Assembly: GCA_028865615.1 (NCBI GenBank)
Contig: JAGWJT010000001.1
Location: 1,601 to 65,600 of the forward strand
Reading direction: 5' to 3'
Length of the DNA: 64,000 nucleotides
DNA from: Patescibacteria group bacterium
Lineage (GTDB): Bacteria; Patescibacteriota; Minisyncoccia; Phycocordibacterales; PALSA-1337
In this document: in pieces, positions 10,263 to 20,392 of the stretch
Position numbering within the stretch: position 1 is the stretch's first letter
Layout: each line of letters opens with the position of its first letter
Notes under the pieces: model-generated
Seen by the model: the letters and a program-made list of their open reading frames with translations, nothing else
What the model was told of the DNA's origin: nothing
Database searches by the model: none
Made by a program: the position numbers and the translations under genes

Positions 10263-10312
10263 TATTTGTATTATTCGTAGATTCGTATTGCCTCTATTTG
10301 TAGCATTCGCAT
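10263..10312. repeat. ATTCGTA-type short repeat array
   Basis: tattcgtagattcgta..atttgtagcattcgcat, nearly identical to 121-161. Confidence 0.55.
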
Positions 10313-10317
10313 CATAT

Positions 10318-11526
10318 TCACTTCATCCCATCCAGCAACTGCACGGCCTTGTCCATCTGAGGGTCCTTGCCGGCCGTCTGATCAGCCGTGGTCATGGTGA
10401 CGGGATAATCCGGATCAAGGCCGTCGTGCTGGAGATTGTGGCCGTCCGGAGTGAGCCAGCGGGCTACGGTGACCTTGAGCGAGGTGTCGTCTGTGATGGG
10501 TACGAGTTCCTGGACCACGCCCTTGCCGAACGTCTTGTCGCCGACTAGCTTGGCCACGCCGTGCTCTTCCAGGGCTCCGGACAGGATCTCTGCGGCCGAG
10601 GCAGTGCCTCCGTTGACCAATATCACCATGTCCAGATTGTTATTGAATATGTCGTATCCCCTGCTGCGATATATCTGCGGCGAGCCATTCTTGCCGAAAT
10701 CCTCGGTAACTACCACCGAGCCGGCCGGCAAGAACCAGGAAGCCATGTCCACCGCCGCTTCCAGATAGCCTCCGGGGTTGCCGCGCAAGTCCAATACGAG
10801 CTTGTGATCGCCGGATTGGACGAATTGGCGCAAAGCGTTCCTAAAAAGGTCCGGGGACTGGGCCGTGAAGCTATATAGAGTGATGACAAATATGCCGCCG
10901 GGCTTGGATGATGTGTCTATGGTCGGTATGTTGATGATATCCCTCACGATGGTGCGGTCTACAGGCTTGGAAGCTCCCGGTTGCAGGAATGTGATCTTGA
11001 CCGGGGTGCCCTTTGGGCCTCGAATGAGCTGGACGGCTTCGTCTACGCTCATGTTCTCCGTAGAAGTGCCGTTTATGGACAATATGGCGTCGCCGGTCTT
11101 GACGCCGGCTCTGGCGGCCGGAGAGTCTTTGATGGGAGCGATGACGACCAGCTGATTGCTTTTGATGCCTATCTCCATGCCTACTCCCTCGAAATCGCCT
11201 TGGATGTCTTCCTCGAACATCTTTGACTGGGCCGGCGGGAAGAACACGGTATAAGGATCGTTGTAGGCGGAAGCAAGGCCTTCTATGGAACCCCATATCC
11301 TATCCTGGACGCTCGTGGAAGCCGCATCTACGTCCTTCTGGTCCAGAATATTCCAAGCTTTCCAGAAAGGAGAGAATTGGTCGGTCGATACGGCGGATGC
11401 ATCGGTCGGCTGTTGGCCGGACGGGCCGGAATGGATGCCGCCTGCATAGAAGCCGACGATGAAAGCTATGACTACGGCCGGCAAGCCGATGAGCAGGTAA
11501 ACTAGCTTTTTGTCCGAAGGATTCAT
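10318..11526 (-). CDS. S41 family C-terminal processing peptidase (PDZ)
   Basis: DPYT, PDZ, LDLRGNPGG, TASAAEI, TFGKGVVQ. Confidence 0.92.
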   Translation of the reverse strand: MNPSDKKLVYLLIGLPAVVIAFIVGFYAGGIHSGPSGQQPTDASAVSTDQFSPFWKAWNILDQKDVDAASTSVQDRIWGSIEGLASAYNDPYTVFFPPAQSKMFEEDIQGDFEGVGMEIGIKSNQLVVIAPIKDSPAARAGVKTGDAILSINGTSTENMSVDEAVQLIRGPKGTPVKITFLQPGASKPVDRTIVRDIINIPTIDTSSKPGGIFVITLYSFTAQSPDLFRNALRQFVQSGDHKLVLDLRGNPGGYLEAAVDMASWFLPAGSVVVTEDFGKNGSPQIYRSRGYDIFNNNLDMVILVNGGTASAAEILSGALEEHGVAKLVGDKTFGKGVVQELVPITDDTSLKVTVARWLTPDGHNLQHDGLDPDYPVTMTTADQTAGKDPQMDKAVQLLDGMK

Positions 11527-11595
11527 GTTGTCGGGATATTATTGCATATTCCGCGGTAGTTTTCAAAAGCCACGCTTTGTCATATAATTGGCTGC

Positions 11596-12519
11596 ATGAT
11601 AACGACACGTTCGGCAAAGGGCATATCCTGGATAGATCTGGAATCTCCGGTTGACGAAGAGATTGCCGGCCTTGTGCAGAGATATGGCATACATCCCCTA
11701 GTCGGAGAGGAGCTCAAGAGCTCTGCATCATCCGCAAAAGCGGAGCTCTACAAAGATTATCTCCTGGTGGTGATGACTATGCCTGTGCGCACCAAGATCG
11801 ACGGCACTCACGCTATCGAAGACCGCGAGATAGACTTTGTCATCGGCAAAGACTTCCTGATCACGTCGCATTTTGAGACGATAGATACGTTGGACAACTT
11901 TGCCAAGATATTCGAGGCCAACGCCATTTTGGACAAAGAAGCCAAGTTCGACCATGCCGGACATTTGTTCTATTACATAGTCATGAAGCTTTACGGTGCC
12001 ATGGTCGACGATCTCGAGAATATTCGCGACGACCTGTCGGTGGCCGAGACCAGGATATTCCGCGGAGATGAGAGGCGCATGGTAGAAGTGCTGTCGAAGC
12101 TATCGCGAGAGCTCATAGACTTCAGGCAGACGGCCAGGGTGCACAAAGACATATGGTCGGACATGCTCGAAGCAGAAGACAAATACCTTTTTGGCTCCGA
12201 CTTCAAGCCATATGTCAAAGCCATAAGCGACGAATTCGAGCGCATACACGACATCATAGCCAATTGCCGGGAGCTCGTAGCCGACTTGCGCGAGACCAAC
12301 GACTCCCTGCTCAATACGCATCAGAACGACATCATCAGGACCTTGACCGTCATCAACTTCATATTCATCCCTGCCACTTTCATCGCCGCCCTGTTCACCA
12401 TCCCGGCGTCGTACGTGCCGCTCATAGGCAGCGACATCGGCTGGACCATCATCCTCGCCGGCATGGTAGCCATAACCATAGGCATATGGTGGCTCATCAA
12501 GCGCAAGAATTGGATATGA
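11596..12519 (+). CDS. CorA family divalent cation transporter
   Basis: WIDL..P, IHPL, EIDF, two C-terminal TMs; GMN signature replaced by TIP. Confidence 0.85.
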   Translation: MITTRSAKGISWIDLESPVDEEIAGLVQRYGIHPLVGEELKSSASSAKAELYKDYLLVVMTMPVRTKIDGTHAIEDREIDFVIGKDFLITSHFETIDTLDNFAKIFEANAILDKEAKFDHAGHLFYYIVMKLYGAMVDDLENIRDDLSVAETRIFRGDERRMVEVLSKLSRELIDFRQTARVHKDIWSDMLEAEDKYLFGSDFKPYVKAISDEFERIHDIIANCRELVADLRETNDSLLNTHQNDIIRTLTVINFIFIPATFIAALFTIPASYVPLIGSDIGWTIILAGMVAITIGIWWLIKRKNWI

Positions 12520-13916
12520 AAGGCCATACGACCGAGATCAAGCTCTTCAATACCCTTTCCGGCAAGAAAGAGGCTTTCAAGCCGCTCAGAGCCGGCCATG
12601 TCGGCATGTACCACTGCGGCCCGACGGTGTATGATGATGCTCACATAGGCAATCTTCGATCATACGTATTTGCGGATATCTTGCGACGCACGTTTGAATA
12701 CAACGGCTATTCAATCGACCAGATAGTTAACATCACTGATGTCGGCCATCTAACGAGCGATGCAGACGAGGGAGAAGACAAAATGACGAAGGCCCTGAAA
12801 CGCCTTGGCAAGCCGCTGACTTTGGATGCCATGAGAGAAACGGCGTCCGTTTATGAAGATCATTTCAAAGAAGATCTTGTCCTATTGGATATAGAGACTC
12901 CGTCAGCATTCCCGAGAGCCAGTGACCATATCAAAGACGACATTGAGCTGATCCATACTCTTGAGAAAAACGGGTACGCTTACAAGATCTCCAGAGGAGT
13001 ATGCTTCGACACTTCAAAGTTCGGAACATATGGCAAGCTAGGTAATATAAAGCTTGATTCGTTGAAAGATGGCGCGCGCGTATCTACCGATCCGGAAAAG
13101 AGAAACCAAACAGACTTCTGGCTTTGGAAATTCGATGACAATCTCGGCTGGGACAGCCCTTGGGGTCGAGGATTTCCTGGCTGGCACATAGAATGTTCGG
13201 CTATGTCCCGCAAATATCTCGGCCAACCGTTTGATATACACACGGGGGGCATCGATCATATCCCGGTGCACCACAATAACGAGATTGCTCAATCTGAAGC
13301 AGCATACGGCGTTCCATTGGCAAGATACTGGATACACAACGCTTTCTTGACTATGAATCGGAGCAAGATGGCCAAATCTGCTGGCGGATTTGTAACACTC
13401 AAGACATTGGTGACCAATGATTTATCACCTTTGGCTTACCGTTATTGGTTGTTAACCGGCCATTACCGCTCGCCAATGGATTTCTCGTATGAGGCCATAA
13501 AAGCGGCCCAAAACGCTTATAAACGGCTACAGGAGGCTATGGCTGGATATCCGGAGGGCGGCAAGGTGGATGCCGGCTTTGTCGGTAGATTTAAAGCTTT
13601 GATAAATGACGACTTGGACACGCCCAAGGCATTGGCATTGGCCTGGGAGCTAATCAAAGATGCGGGGGTGGACGATGCGGACAAGCGAGCGACTTTGTTA
13701 GATTTCGATCGGGTATTTGGATTGAAGCTGGGCTCGCTTCCCTGCCCTACTGACGAAGTCATTCCGGACAACGTGCGCGCCCTAGCCGACGAACGCGAAC
13801 AGGCGCGCCAGGCCAAAGACTGGAAAAAAGCCGACAAGTTGCGCGGGGAGATTGAGAGGCTCGGATATGAATTGAGGGACGCAGCTGGTGGAGCGGCTAT
13901 AAAGAAGAAAGTTTAA
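12516..13916 (+). CDS. cysS: Cysteine--tRNA ligase
   Basis: CGPTVY, HIGN, WHIECSAM, KMAKS; start at ATG 12516 overlapping the CorA stop. Confidence 0.96.
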   Translation: MKGHTTEIKLFNTLSGKKEAFKPLRAGHVGMYHCGPTVYDDAHIGNLRSYVFADILRRTFEYNGYSIDQIVNITDVGHLTSDADEGEDKMTKALKRLGKPLTLDAMRETASVYEDHFKEDLVLLDIETPSAFPRASDHIKDDIELIHTLEKNGYAYKISRGVCFDTSKFGTYGKLGNIKLDSLKDGARVSTDPEKRNQTDFWLWKFDDNLGWDSPWGRGFPGWHIECSAMSRKYLGQPFDIHTGGIDHIPVHHNNEIAQSEAAYGVPLARYWIHNAFLTMNRSKMAKSAGGFVTLKTLVTNDLSPLAYRYWLLTGHYRSPMDFSYEAIKAAQNAYKRLQEAMAGYPEGGKVDAGFVGRFKALINDDLDTPKALALAWELIKDAGVDDADKRATLLDFDRVFGLKLGSLPCPTDEVIPDNVRALADEREQARQAKDWKKADKLRGEIERLGYELRDAAGGAAIKKKV

Positions 13917-13929
13917 GCTGGGTATGGCA

Positions 13930-14052
13930 TGACCCGCAGCGGCATCGGTTGAAGAACATTTCGCAGGAATTTTCCAGCAGGAAAATTCCGAGACATAGCG
14001 CGGCCCCTGCAGGGGCCGACGCGTGTTCTTCAACCGATGCCGCTGCGGGTCA
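13930..14052. repeat. Branched-hairpin repeat element, copy 1
   Basis: 29-bp perfect terminal inverted repeat around the core catttcgcaggaattttccagcaggaaaattccgagacatagcgcggcc..ggccgacgcgtg. Confidence 0.9.
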
Positions 14053-14079
14053 CTCAACGTGAACACCGATAAAACCCGC

Positions 14080-14340
14080 TCAATCTAGCATAGCGCTCTC
14101 CTTGAACCTGGCGAAGTCGCGGATCTCGCCTTTGACGTCGGACAATTCATCGGCGATATCCTGTCTGCTGGCCTCTATCTTGTCCTCGAGGTCGGCCAGC
14201 CTGCCGTATATGCGCGATTCCGCCGCGTCTATGCGCTCCTCGAGCCTTTCGAAAGACCGGCCTATGGACACGGCCACGTCGTCGCCGTTCTTGTATATGA
14301 CACGCTCTAATAATTCGATGTCTTTTTGTTCTAATGACAT
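14080..14340 (-). CDS. Small coiled-coil hypothetical protein
   Basis: 86-aa ORF with heptad pattern. Confidence 0.7.
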   Translation of the reverse strand: MSLEQKDIELLERVIYKNGDDVAVSIGRSFERLEERIDAAESRIYGRLADLEDKIEASRQDIADELSDVKGEIRDFARFKESAMLD

Positions 14341-14385
14341 ATTTTTTGGCGTTACCTAATAATAACGATACGATAGCAAGTGACC

Positions 14386-14451
14386 GATAAAATCCGACTC
14401 AAAAAAGTCTCAAATCCAGATAAAAAAAGTCTCAAATCCAGATAAAATTTC
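14386..14451. promoter_or_regulatory. 11-bp-phased direct repeat array (site 1)
   Basis: gataaaatccg|actcaaaaaag|tctcaaatcca|gataaaaaaag|tctcaaatcca|gataaaatttc. Confidence 0.65.
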
Positions 14452-14527
14452 TTTCCACAGCTTGTCCACCGAAAAAGCGCCTGACGCCTCTCTTGATTCA
14501 TGCCCGCCCGTGCTACAATATGGATAC

Positions 14528-15919
14528 ATGAGCCCTCTGTCGCCATACCTGAAGACCAAAGACTTGAAGATACCTCCCCAAAATATCGAGGCGGAAAAGG
14601 CTCTTTTGGGCTCGGTGATGATGCGCGGCGAAGCTATGCACGACATAGTAGATATCGTCGGAGAAAGGTCTTTCTATTCGAACCAGCACAAAGCCATCTG
14701 GCAGAGCCTCTTCGAGCTCCATTCAAAGAACGTGCCCATAGACCTGCTCTCGTTGTCGACCCGCCTCAAGGAAAAAGGCCGCCTAGAAGAAGTAGGTGGC
14801 ATGTCGTATCTTACCGAGCTCATCAATGCCGTACCGTCGTCGACCAACGCCTCTCACTATGCGGAGATAGTCGAGAAGAAGCATGTCATGCGAGAGCTTA
14901 TACGGGCATCGGAGACCATAGGCGATCTCGGATACGACGAGGAGGCGGACTTGCACGACATCCTAGAGAAGGCCGAAAAAGCCCTTTACGAGGTGACCAA
15001 CAAGTCCGGTTCGCACAAATTTGTCGCATTGAAGGACACCCTCGACGAGGCCTGGGAGCGCATAGACCATCTGCACAATACCAGGCATGAGCTCAGGGGC
15101 GTGCCTACGGGCTTCCAGGAGATAGACAACAAGCTGTCCGGATTCCAGAAGTCCGATCTGATCATCTTGGCAGCTCGGCCTTCGATGGGTAAGACTTCCC
15201 TAGCCCTCGACATAGCCCGCAAAGCCGCCGTCAATCACAAAGTGCCCGTGGCCATATTCTCGCTGGAAATGTCATCCCAACAGCTGGTAGACCGCATGCT
15301 TGCAGCCGAGTCGCAGGTGGACGCCTGGAAGCTGCGTACCGGCCACAATCTATCCGTAGAGCACGACTTCAAGGCCATAGGAGACGCCATAAGCAGGCTG
15401 TCGGAGGCTCCCATATACATCGACGACCAGCCCGGCAACCATATCCTCAAGATGCGCGCCGTGGCCCGGCGCCTCAAGAACGAGGGCAAACTCGGCCTCA
15501 TCGTCGTGGATTACCTCCAGCTCATGGTGCCGACCAATGCCGGCAGATACAACGACAATCTCGTCCAGCAAGTCACCGAGATATCCAGATCGCTCAAGAA
15601 CCTGGCCCGCGAGCTGGAAGTGCCCGTACTGGCCCTCTCCCAGCTGTCTCGCGCCGTGGAACAGCGTGGCGGCAAGCCCCGTCTGTCCGACCTTCGCGAT
15701 TCCGGATCCATAGAGCAAGACGCCGACGTGGTCATGTTCATCCATCGCGAAGCCGACCAGGACCAAGGCGGCAGGAAGGAGGAGGCTGAGATCATGATAG
15801 AGAAGCACCGCAACGGTCCGACCGGCTCGATCAAGCTGTACTTCGATTCCAAGAAGACCTCGTTCCTGTCCGTCGACAAAGCCGACTTCGGCGATTTCGA
15901 AAAAGCCGCGGCAAACTGA
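14528..15919 (+). CDS. dnaB: Replicative DNA helicase DnaB
   Basis: PPQNIEAE, AARPSMGKT, FSLEM, DYLQL, DLRDSGSIEQDAD. Confidence 0.97.
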   Translation: MSPLSPYLKTKDLKIPPQNIEAEKALLGSVMMRGEAMHDIVDIVGERSFYSNQHKAIWQSLFELHSKNVPIDLLSLSTRLKEKGRLEEVGGMSYLTELINAVPSSTNASHYAEIVEKKHVMRELIRASETIGDLGYDEEADLHDILEKAEKALYEVTNKSGSHKFVALKDTLDEAWERIDHLHNTRHELRGVPTGFQEIDNKLSGFQKSDLIILAARPSMGKTSLALDIARKAAVNHKVPVAIFSLEMSSQQLVDRMLAAESQVDAWKLRTGHNLSVEHDFKAIGDAISRLSEAPIYIDDQPGNHILKMRAVARRLKNEGKLGLIVVDYLQLMVPTNAGRYNDNLVQQVTEISRSLKNLARELEVPVLALSQLSRAVEQRGGKPRLSDLRDSGSIEQDADVVMFIHREADQDQGGRKEEAEIMIEKHRNGPTGSIKLYFDSKKTSFLSVDKADFGDFEKAAAN

Positions 15920-15927
15920 TCACTAGT

Positions 15928-16584
15928 ATGGACAGCATGCGACGATTAGAAGAGATATTCGCTCATTTCCCCGGCATCGGGCCGCGGCAAGCAAAGCGCT
16001 TCGTCTATTATCTCCTGAATAGACCGTCCGCTTCCATAAAAGAATTCACAGACTTGATCCACGAAGTCAAAACCTCGACGGCCGAATGCAATCGATGCCA
16101 CCGATTCTTCATGAGTGGAAATAGAGAAGCGGCTGGCGGCGGCAGAAAAACGGTTGTATGTCCTACTTGCGCCGATACATCGCGCGACTCTTCCCTGCTC
16201 ATGGTCGTGGCACGCGATTCGGATTTCGAATCGATAGAGAGAAGCGGCGCCTACAAAGGCCTGTATTTCGTCCTTGGAGGCACAGTGCCAGTCTTGGACA
16301 AAGAGCCAGATAAACGCATACGGTTGAAAGGGCTGTTGGCCAGGCTTGCCCAAAAAGACTCCCCTATCAAAGAAGTGATCTTGTCTCTGAATACCACTCC
16401 TGACGGCGAGAATACCGCGGAAACAGTGAAGCATGCGCTGCTCGATGCATCCGGCGCCGATCCGCTCTCATCGACGGAAACAAACATCAAATTGACCGTC
16501 CTGGGCCGCGGCCTTTCCACCGGCGCCGAGCTAGAATACGTCGACGGCGAGACGATCAGGAATGCCCTGTTGAATAGGCACTAG
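15928..16584 (+). CDS. recR: Recombination mediator RecR
   Basis: FPGIGPRQA HhH, C4 zinc finger, Toprim, GAELEYVD. Confidence 0.93.
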   Translation: MDSMRRLEEIFAHFPGIGPRQAKRFVYYLLNRPSASIKEFTDLIHEVKTSTAECNRCHRFFMSGNREAAGGGRKTVVCPTCADTSRDSSLLMVVARDSDFESIERSGAYKGLYFVLGGTVPVLDKEPDKRIRLKGLLARLAQKDSPIKEVILSLNTTPDGENTAETVKHALLDASGADPLSSTETNIKLTVLGRGLSTGAELEYVDGETIRNALLNRH

Positions 16585-16707
16585 TAGGCATCGGGACATC
16601 GGTTGAAGAACATTTCGCAGGAATTTTCCAGCAGGAAAATTCCGAGATATAGCGCGGCCTCTGCAGAGGCCGACGCGTGTTCTGAGGCCGATGTCCCGAT
16701 GCCTACT
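16583..16707. repeat. Branched-hairpin repeat element, copy 2
   Basis: Same core; arms agtaggcatcgggacatcgg/ccgatgtcccgatgcctact fill the gap between the recR and rplU stops. Confidence 0.9.
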
Positions 16708-17039
16708 TATCCCAGGGAATCAATTTTGACCTTGAAGTAGTGCTGGCGATGGCCATTTCTGGTCCAGCCGGAACGGCTCTTCTGTTTGTATTTGACTACC
16801 AGGACCTTGGCGGATCGGCCGATCTTGGATATGGTGCCGGTCACTTTGGCTTTGGCTATGTAAGGGGTCCCTATAGTAGTATCTTTGCCGTTATCTACAA
16901 GCAAAATCTTGTCGAAGACGACTTGGTCGCCCTCTTTGTATTCTTTGCCTTTTTCAGCCAAAAGCTTCTCGATAGTGATGGTATCGCCCTTGGAAACGGT
17001 ATATTGCTTGCCTCCTGTGGCTATGACTGCAAATTCCAT
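16707..17039 (-). CDS. rplU: 50S ribosomal protein L21
   Basis: FAVIATGGKQY..G; GTPY; GHRQ. Confidence 0.96.
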   Translation of the reverse strand: MEFAVIATGGKQYTVSKGDTITIEKLLAEKGKEYKEGDQVVFDKILLVDNGKDTTIGTPYIAKAKVTGTISKIGRSAKVLVVKYKQKSRSGWTRNGHRQHYFKVKIDSLG

Positions 17040-17094
17040 AGTGCGTCCCACTATACAGGAATGGGTCCAAAAACGCAACTTTTTGGGTTTTTGG

Positions 17095-17217
17095 GGACCG
17101 GCGCGGACATCGGTTGAAGAACATTTCGCAGGAATTTTCCAGCAGGAAAATTCCGAGACATAGCGCGGCCTCTGCAGAGGCCGACGCGTGTTCTGAGGCC
17201 GATGTCCGCGCCGGTCC
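17095..17217. repeat. Branched-hairpin repeat element, copy 3
   Basis: Same core; arms ggaccggcgcggacatcgg/ccgatgtccgcgccggtcc abut the rmuC stop. Confidence 0.9.
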
Positions 17218-18275
17218 TATTCAGTGACTTCCGGTTTGTCCAGCAAAACCGGCTCCAGACCCGGAGTCTCGCCCGTTATGCGCAAGACGTCCTTGTCTAC
17301 CTTCTTGAATTCCTTGCTCGAATTGTTGTAGTGGTTGACTACGGTCGATAGCGACACGCCAAGCTTGGAATGGTAATCCTCGTATTTTTTCAGGTGGGTG
17401 CCCAGCTGACCGACATGCTTGACTATATCCTTGGCTGTTTCTTCGATCTGCATAGCCTTCAAACCCTGCAAAACGGTCTGCAGATAGGCCAAGAACGAGG
17501 TCGGCGACACTATGATGACCTTGTACTTGCTGGCGGCGCGCTGTATCAGATTGTCCGTCTCGTCGGCGGATGAACCGATCTTGTTCACGAGCAGATCATA
17601 ATAGATAGCCTCATGCGGTATGAACATGAAAGCGAAGTCCATGGTCTTCTCGTCGGGCCTGATATATTTGGCCGTTTCCTGGATGCGCAGCTTGAGATCG
17701 TTGACGAAAGCCTTCTCCAGACGTTCCTTGTCGGCCGGATTCTTCTCCTCGGCCATCTTGTTGTAGTTTTCCAACGAGAACTTCGAGTCGACGGGTATGA
17801 CCTTGTCTTTGACGAAAACGGCCGCATCCACTACTTCCCCATTCTTGAACGGATATTGCATCTGATATTGGCCGGGTGGCAAAACATTCTTGAGCAAGGT
17901 CTCCAGATAATATTCGCCGAGGATGCCGCGATGCTTGGGATTCTTGAGTATATCCTCGAGCTCGCGTAGCTGGTTCTGAACAGACAAACTCTGTTCGCCT
18001 ATCTTCTTGACCTGAGTGATCTCGCTGGTGATGTCCTTGATCAACCTCTGCGACTCGCCGAACTGGCGATGGAGAGCGTTGGACATCTCCTTTGTGTTCT
18101 CGCCCAACTTGCGGTCGACTGTGTCGGACAAGCGATTGACCTGATCCAGCAACAACTTCAAGCCCGAGGAATCGTCAGTCGGCTTTATCCCTCTCTTTCC
18201 GCGAGAAATGGCCGCTAGTTGGATGATAATAACGACTGCTACGAGAATTATAAGTAGTATGAGTAGGATTTCCAT
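17217..18275 (-). CDS. rmuC: DNA recombination protein RmuC
   Basis: N-terminal TM, RGILGE, PVDSKF, KYI, DFAFMFIP.E, VSPT. Confidence 0.9.
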   Translation of the reverse strand: MEILLILLIILVAVVIIIQLAAISRGKRGIKPTDDSSGLKLLLDQVNRLSDTVDRKLGENTKEMSNALHRQFGESQRLIKDITSEITQVKKIGEQSLSVQNQLRELEDILKNPKHRGILGEYYLETLLKNVLPPGQYQMQYPFKNGEVVDAAVFVKDKVIPVDSKFSLENYNKMAEEKNPADKERLEKAFVNDLKLRIQETAKYIRPDEKTMDFAFMFIPHEAIYYDLLVNKIGSSADETDNLIQRAASKYKVIIVSPTSFLAYLQTVLQGLKAMQIEETAKDIVKHVGQLGTHLKKYEDYHSKLGVSLSTVVNHYNNSSKEFKKVDKDVLRITGETPGLEPVLLDKPEVTE

Positions 18276-18277
18276 AT

Positions 18278-18577
18278 CTAATGCATGACTTTATCGACAG
18301 CGTTGTTTACAATATCAATGATAGAAGGAGCTATAGCTAATGTGAATTCTTCACGAAATACTCTTCGTGACTCTTCTGTGGCTATCTCTCTGGCTCTTTC
18401 GTCTGTAGAATAACCGGACATTAGCTCTTTCATTAATTTAAACTCATAACTCATTTTATCCCAAAGCAGGCCGTTATTTAGCTTGACGGCTTCGTTTATA
18501 GACGTATCTATGTATCTTTTATCGCTTATTGTAAGCATTGAAATGTATGCTAATCTTATAATGTCTGGAGTATACAC
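18278..18577 (-). CDS. Hypothetical protein (AT-rich)
   Basis: ORF only; start may be 18538. Confidence 0.5.
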   Translation of the reverse strand: MYTPDIIRLAYISMLTISDKRYIDTSINEAVKLNNGLLWDKMSYEFKLMKELMSGYSTDERAREIATEESRRVFREEFTLAIAPSIIDIVNNAVDKVMH

Positions 18578-18584
18578 ACAAGGT

Positions 18585-18650
18585 GTTCAAATCCGGCTCA
18601 AAAAAGTCTCAAATCCGAATCAAAAAAGAATCAAATTTTAATAAAATCGC
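18585..18650. promoter_or_regulatory. 11-bp-phased direct repeat array (site 2)
   Basis: gttcaaatccg|gctcaaaaaag|tctcaaatccg|aatcaaaaaag|aatcaaatttt|aataaaatcgc. Confidence 0.65.
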
Positions 18651-18668
18651 ATTATAATCATACACGCC

Positions 18669-19142
18669 ATGACCCTACATCAGACGATTAAAGACCAAGT
18701 CAAAGACGCTCTGCGCGCAAAGGATACGATACGCCTGGACACATTGCGCGGCCTGAATGCCCTATTCCTGAACGATATCGTTATGGGCAAAGCCGAAGCC
18801 GACAAAGACGGCAACATAACCGACGACAAGGCTCTAGCCATCATCAAGCGTTCGGCCAAACAGCGCAAAGACTCTATCGAGCAGTTCGAAAAAGGCGGCA
18901 GGCAAGACTTGGCAGCCAAGGAGAAAGAGGAATTGGCCATCCTGGAATCATTCATGCCGGACATGATGAGCCGCGAGGAGATAGCTATCATAGCCAAAGC
19001 GCGCATAGAAGCCCTGAAGACGGGCGGCACTTTCGACCCGAAAGCGGGCGGCAAGATCACGGGTATGATCATGAAAGAATTGGCCGGCAAAGCCGACGGC
19101 GCAGATGTCAAAGCGGTGGTGGACGAGCTGTTGACAAAATAG
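18669..19142 (+). CDS. GatB/YqeY domain protein
   Basis: ALRAKD..RL..LR; KQRKDSIEQF..GGRQDLA..E; ADG..V. Confidence 0.9.
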   Translation: MTLHQTIKDQVKDALRAKDTIRLDTLRGLNALFLNDIVMGKAEADKDGNITDDKALAIIKRSAKQRKDSIEQFEKGGRQDLAAKEKEELAILESFMPDMMSREEIAIIAKARIEALKTGGTFDPKAGGKITGMIMKELAGKADGADVKAVVDELLTK

Positions 19143-19187
19143 CACTAGTGGTGCTATAATGACAGCCGAACTCAACGAAAGGTTCTT

Positions 19188-19400
19188 ATGACATTACAGC
19201 GTGGATTGGAATTGCTTCGTGCTACTAGGGAAGCTATAACGCGCGGAGAAGATGTCAATGCGTTGATCCCAAAGATCATCCCGGAGACACGTTTCAAAGT
19301 TCCCATATCTGTTGAAGGTCTTGCGCCATCAACAAAAACTGAGAACGGGCGTGAGTCATCCCTCCAACTCAATATATCTTATATGACATATTGGTTATGA
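19188..19400 (+). CDS. Possible small hypothetical protein
   Basis: TTGACA..TATAAT promoter at 19131-19160 directly upstream. Confidence 0.35.
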   Translation: MTLQRGLELLRATREAITRGEDVNALIPKIIPETRFKVPISVEGLAPSTKTENGRESSLQLNISYMTYWL

Positions 19401-20246
19401 AGACGATAGGCCACAGATACCAAAGACTCGACCGGCGTTCCGGAGCAATGCCGCCTCGACGGTTTCGACCGGCAGCTTCTTTATCATTGCGATCTTCTCG
19501 ACCACGGCCGACACATATGACGGCTCGTTGCGCTCCCCGCGATGAGGAACGGGTGCAACGAACGGACAGTCCGTCTCGGCATGCATCATGTCTAGCGGTA
19601 CATATTCGACCAATTCGGCATACTGCTTGGCAAAAGTGATGACGCCAGTGAACGACAGAGTGAAGCCGATGTCCAAGAATCTGCGAGCCTGCTCTACCGT
19701 ACCTGCAAAGAAGTGGGCGTTGCCTTTGACCTCGGCGCGCGACTTCAGGATCTCAAGCGCGTCATCGTATGCCTCGCGGATGTGTAGCATGAGGGGCTTG
19801 TTGAACTCGTTGGCCAGATCTATCTGGGCTTCAAAAGCCGCCTTTTGCCTGGCTTTGGCGGCCGGTTCGGCATTTGACCTGTAGTAGTCCAGGCCGACCT
19901 CCCCTACTCCGACTACTTTGGGATGCTTGATGAGCTCGCGGTATCGGTCAGCGTCAAAATCTTCGCCGCGCGACGTGAATCCGGAGGCATTGGCATTACC
20001 ATTATCCCCCAATTCTTCATTATCATGGAATGAAGCGGATGTGTGGATGGGATGCAAACCTATTATGGCATACACCCCATCGTACTTTTCGGCTATGTCT
20101 ACAGCCTTCCTGGACATGTCATATTGCGTGCCTACGTTAATGAACGCAGTACCAGCGTCAAGTGCCCGCCTGGCCACCACGTCCCTATCCGCGTCAAAAG
20201 CGGTGAAGTTCAGGTGGGCATGAATGTCTATGCGCTTGATTGTCAT
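19395..20246 (-). CDS. tatD: TatD family DNase
   Basis: DIHAHL, GLHP, GEVGLDY, H.RE, ETDCPF..P. Confidence 0.93.
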   Translation of the reverse strand: MTIKRIDIHAHLNFTAFDADRDVVARRALDAGTAFINVGTQYDMSRKAVDIAEKYDGVYAIIGLHPIHTSASFHDNEELGDNGNANASGFTSRGEDFDADRYRELIKHPKVVGVGEVGLDYYRSNAEPAAKARQKAAFEAQIDLANEFNKPLMLHIREAYDDALEILKSRAEVKGNAHFFAGTVEQARRFLDIGFTLSFTGVITFAKQYAELVEYVPLDMMHAETDCPFVAPVPHRGERNEPSYVSAVVEKIAMIKKLPVETVEAALLRNAGRVFGICGLSSS

Positions 20247-20264
20247 GAATTGATTCTACCAGAA

Positions 20265-20389
20265 ATGCAGGAATCAGACACCGGTTGAAGAACATTTCGC
20301 AGGAATTTTCCAGCAGGAAAATTCCGAGACATAGCGCGGCCTCTGCAGAGACCGACGCGTGTTCTGAGGCCGATGTCTGATTCCTGCAT
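20265..20389. repeat. Branched-hairpin repeat element, copy 4
   Basis: Same core; arms atgcaggaatcagaca/tgtctgattcctgcat. Confidence 0.9.
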
Positions 20390-20392
20390 CAA

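Noticed and set aside
12153-12515. N-terminal extensions of CysS, ValS (28196-28324), DnaB, ThrS and others in the ORF track
   Set aside because: They overlap neighbouring genes or promoters; downstream ATGs match the family starts and follow -10 boxes.
13930-20389. Repeated ~120-bp sequences as a CRISPR array or as attC sites
   Set aside because: The copies are dispersed between housekeeping genes with no repeat-spacer periodicity, no cas or integrase gene, and no consistent RYYYAAC/GTTRRRY ends.
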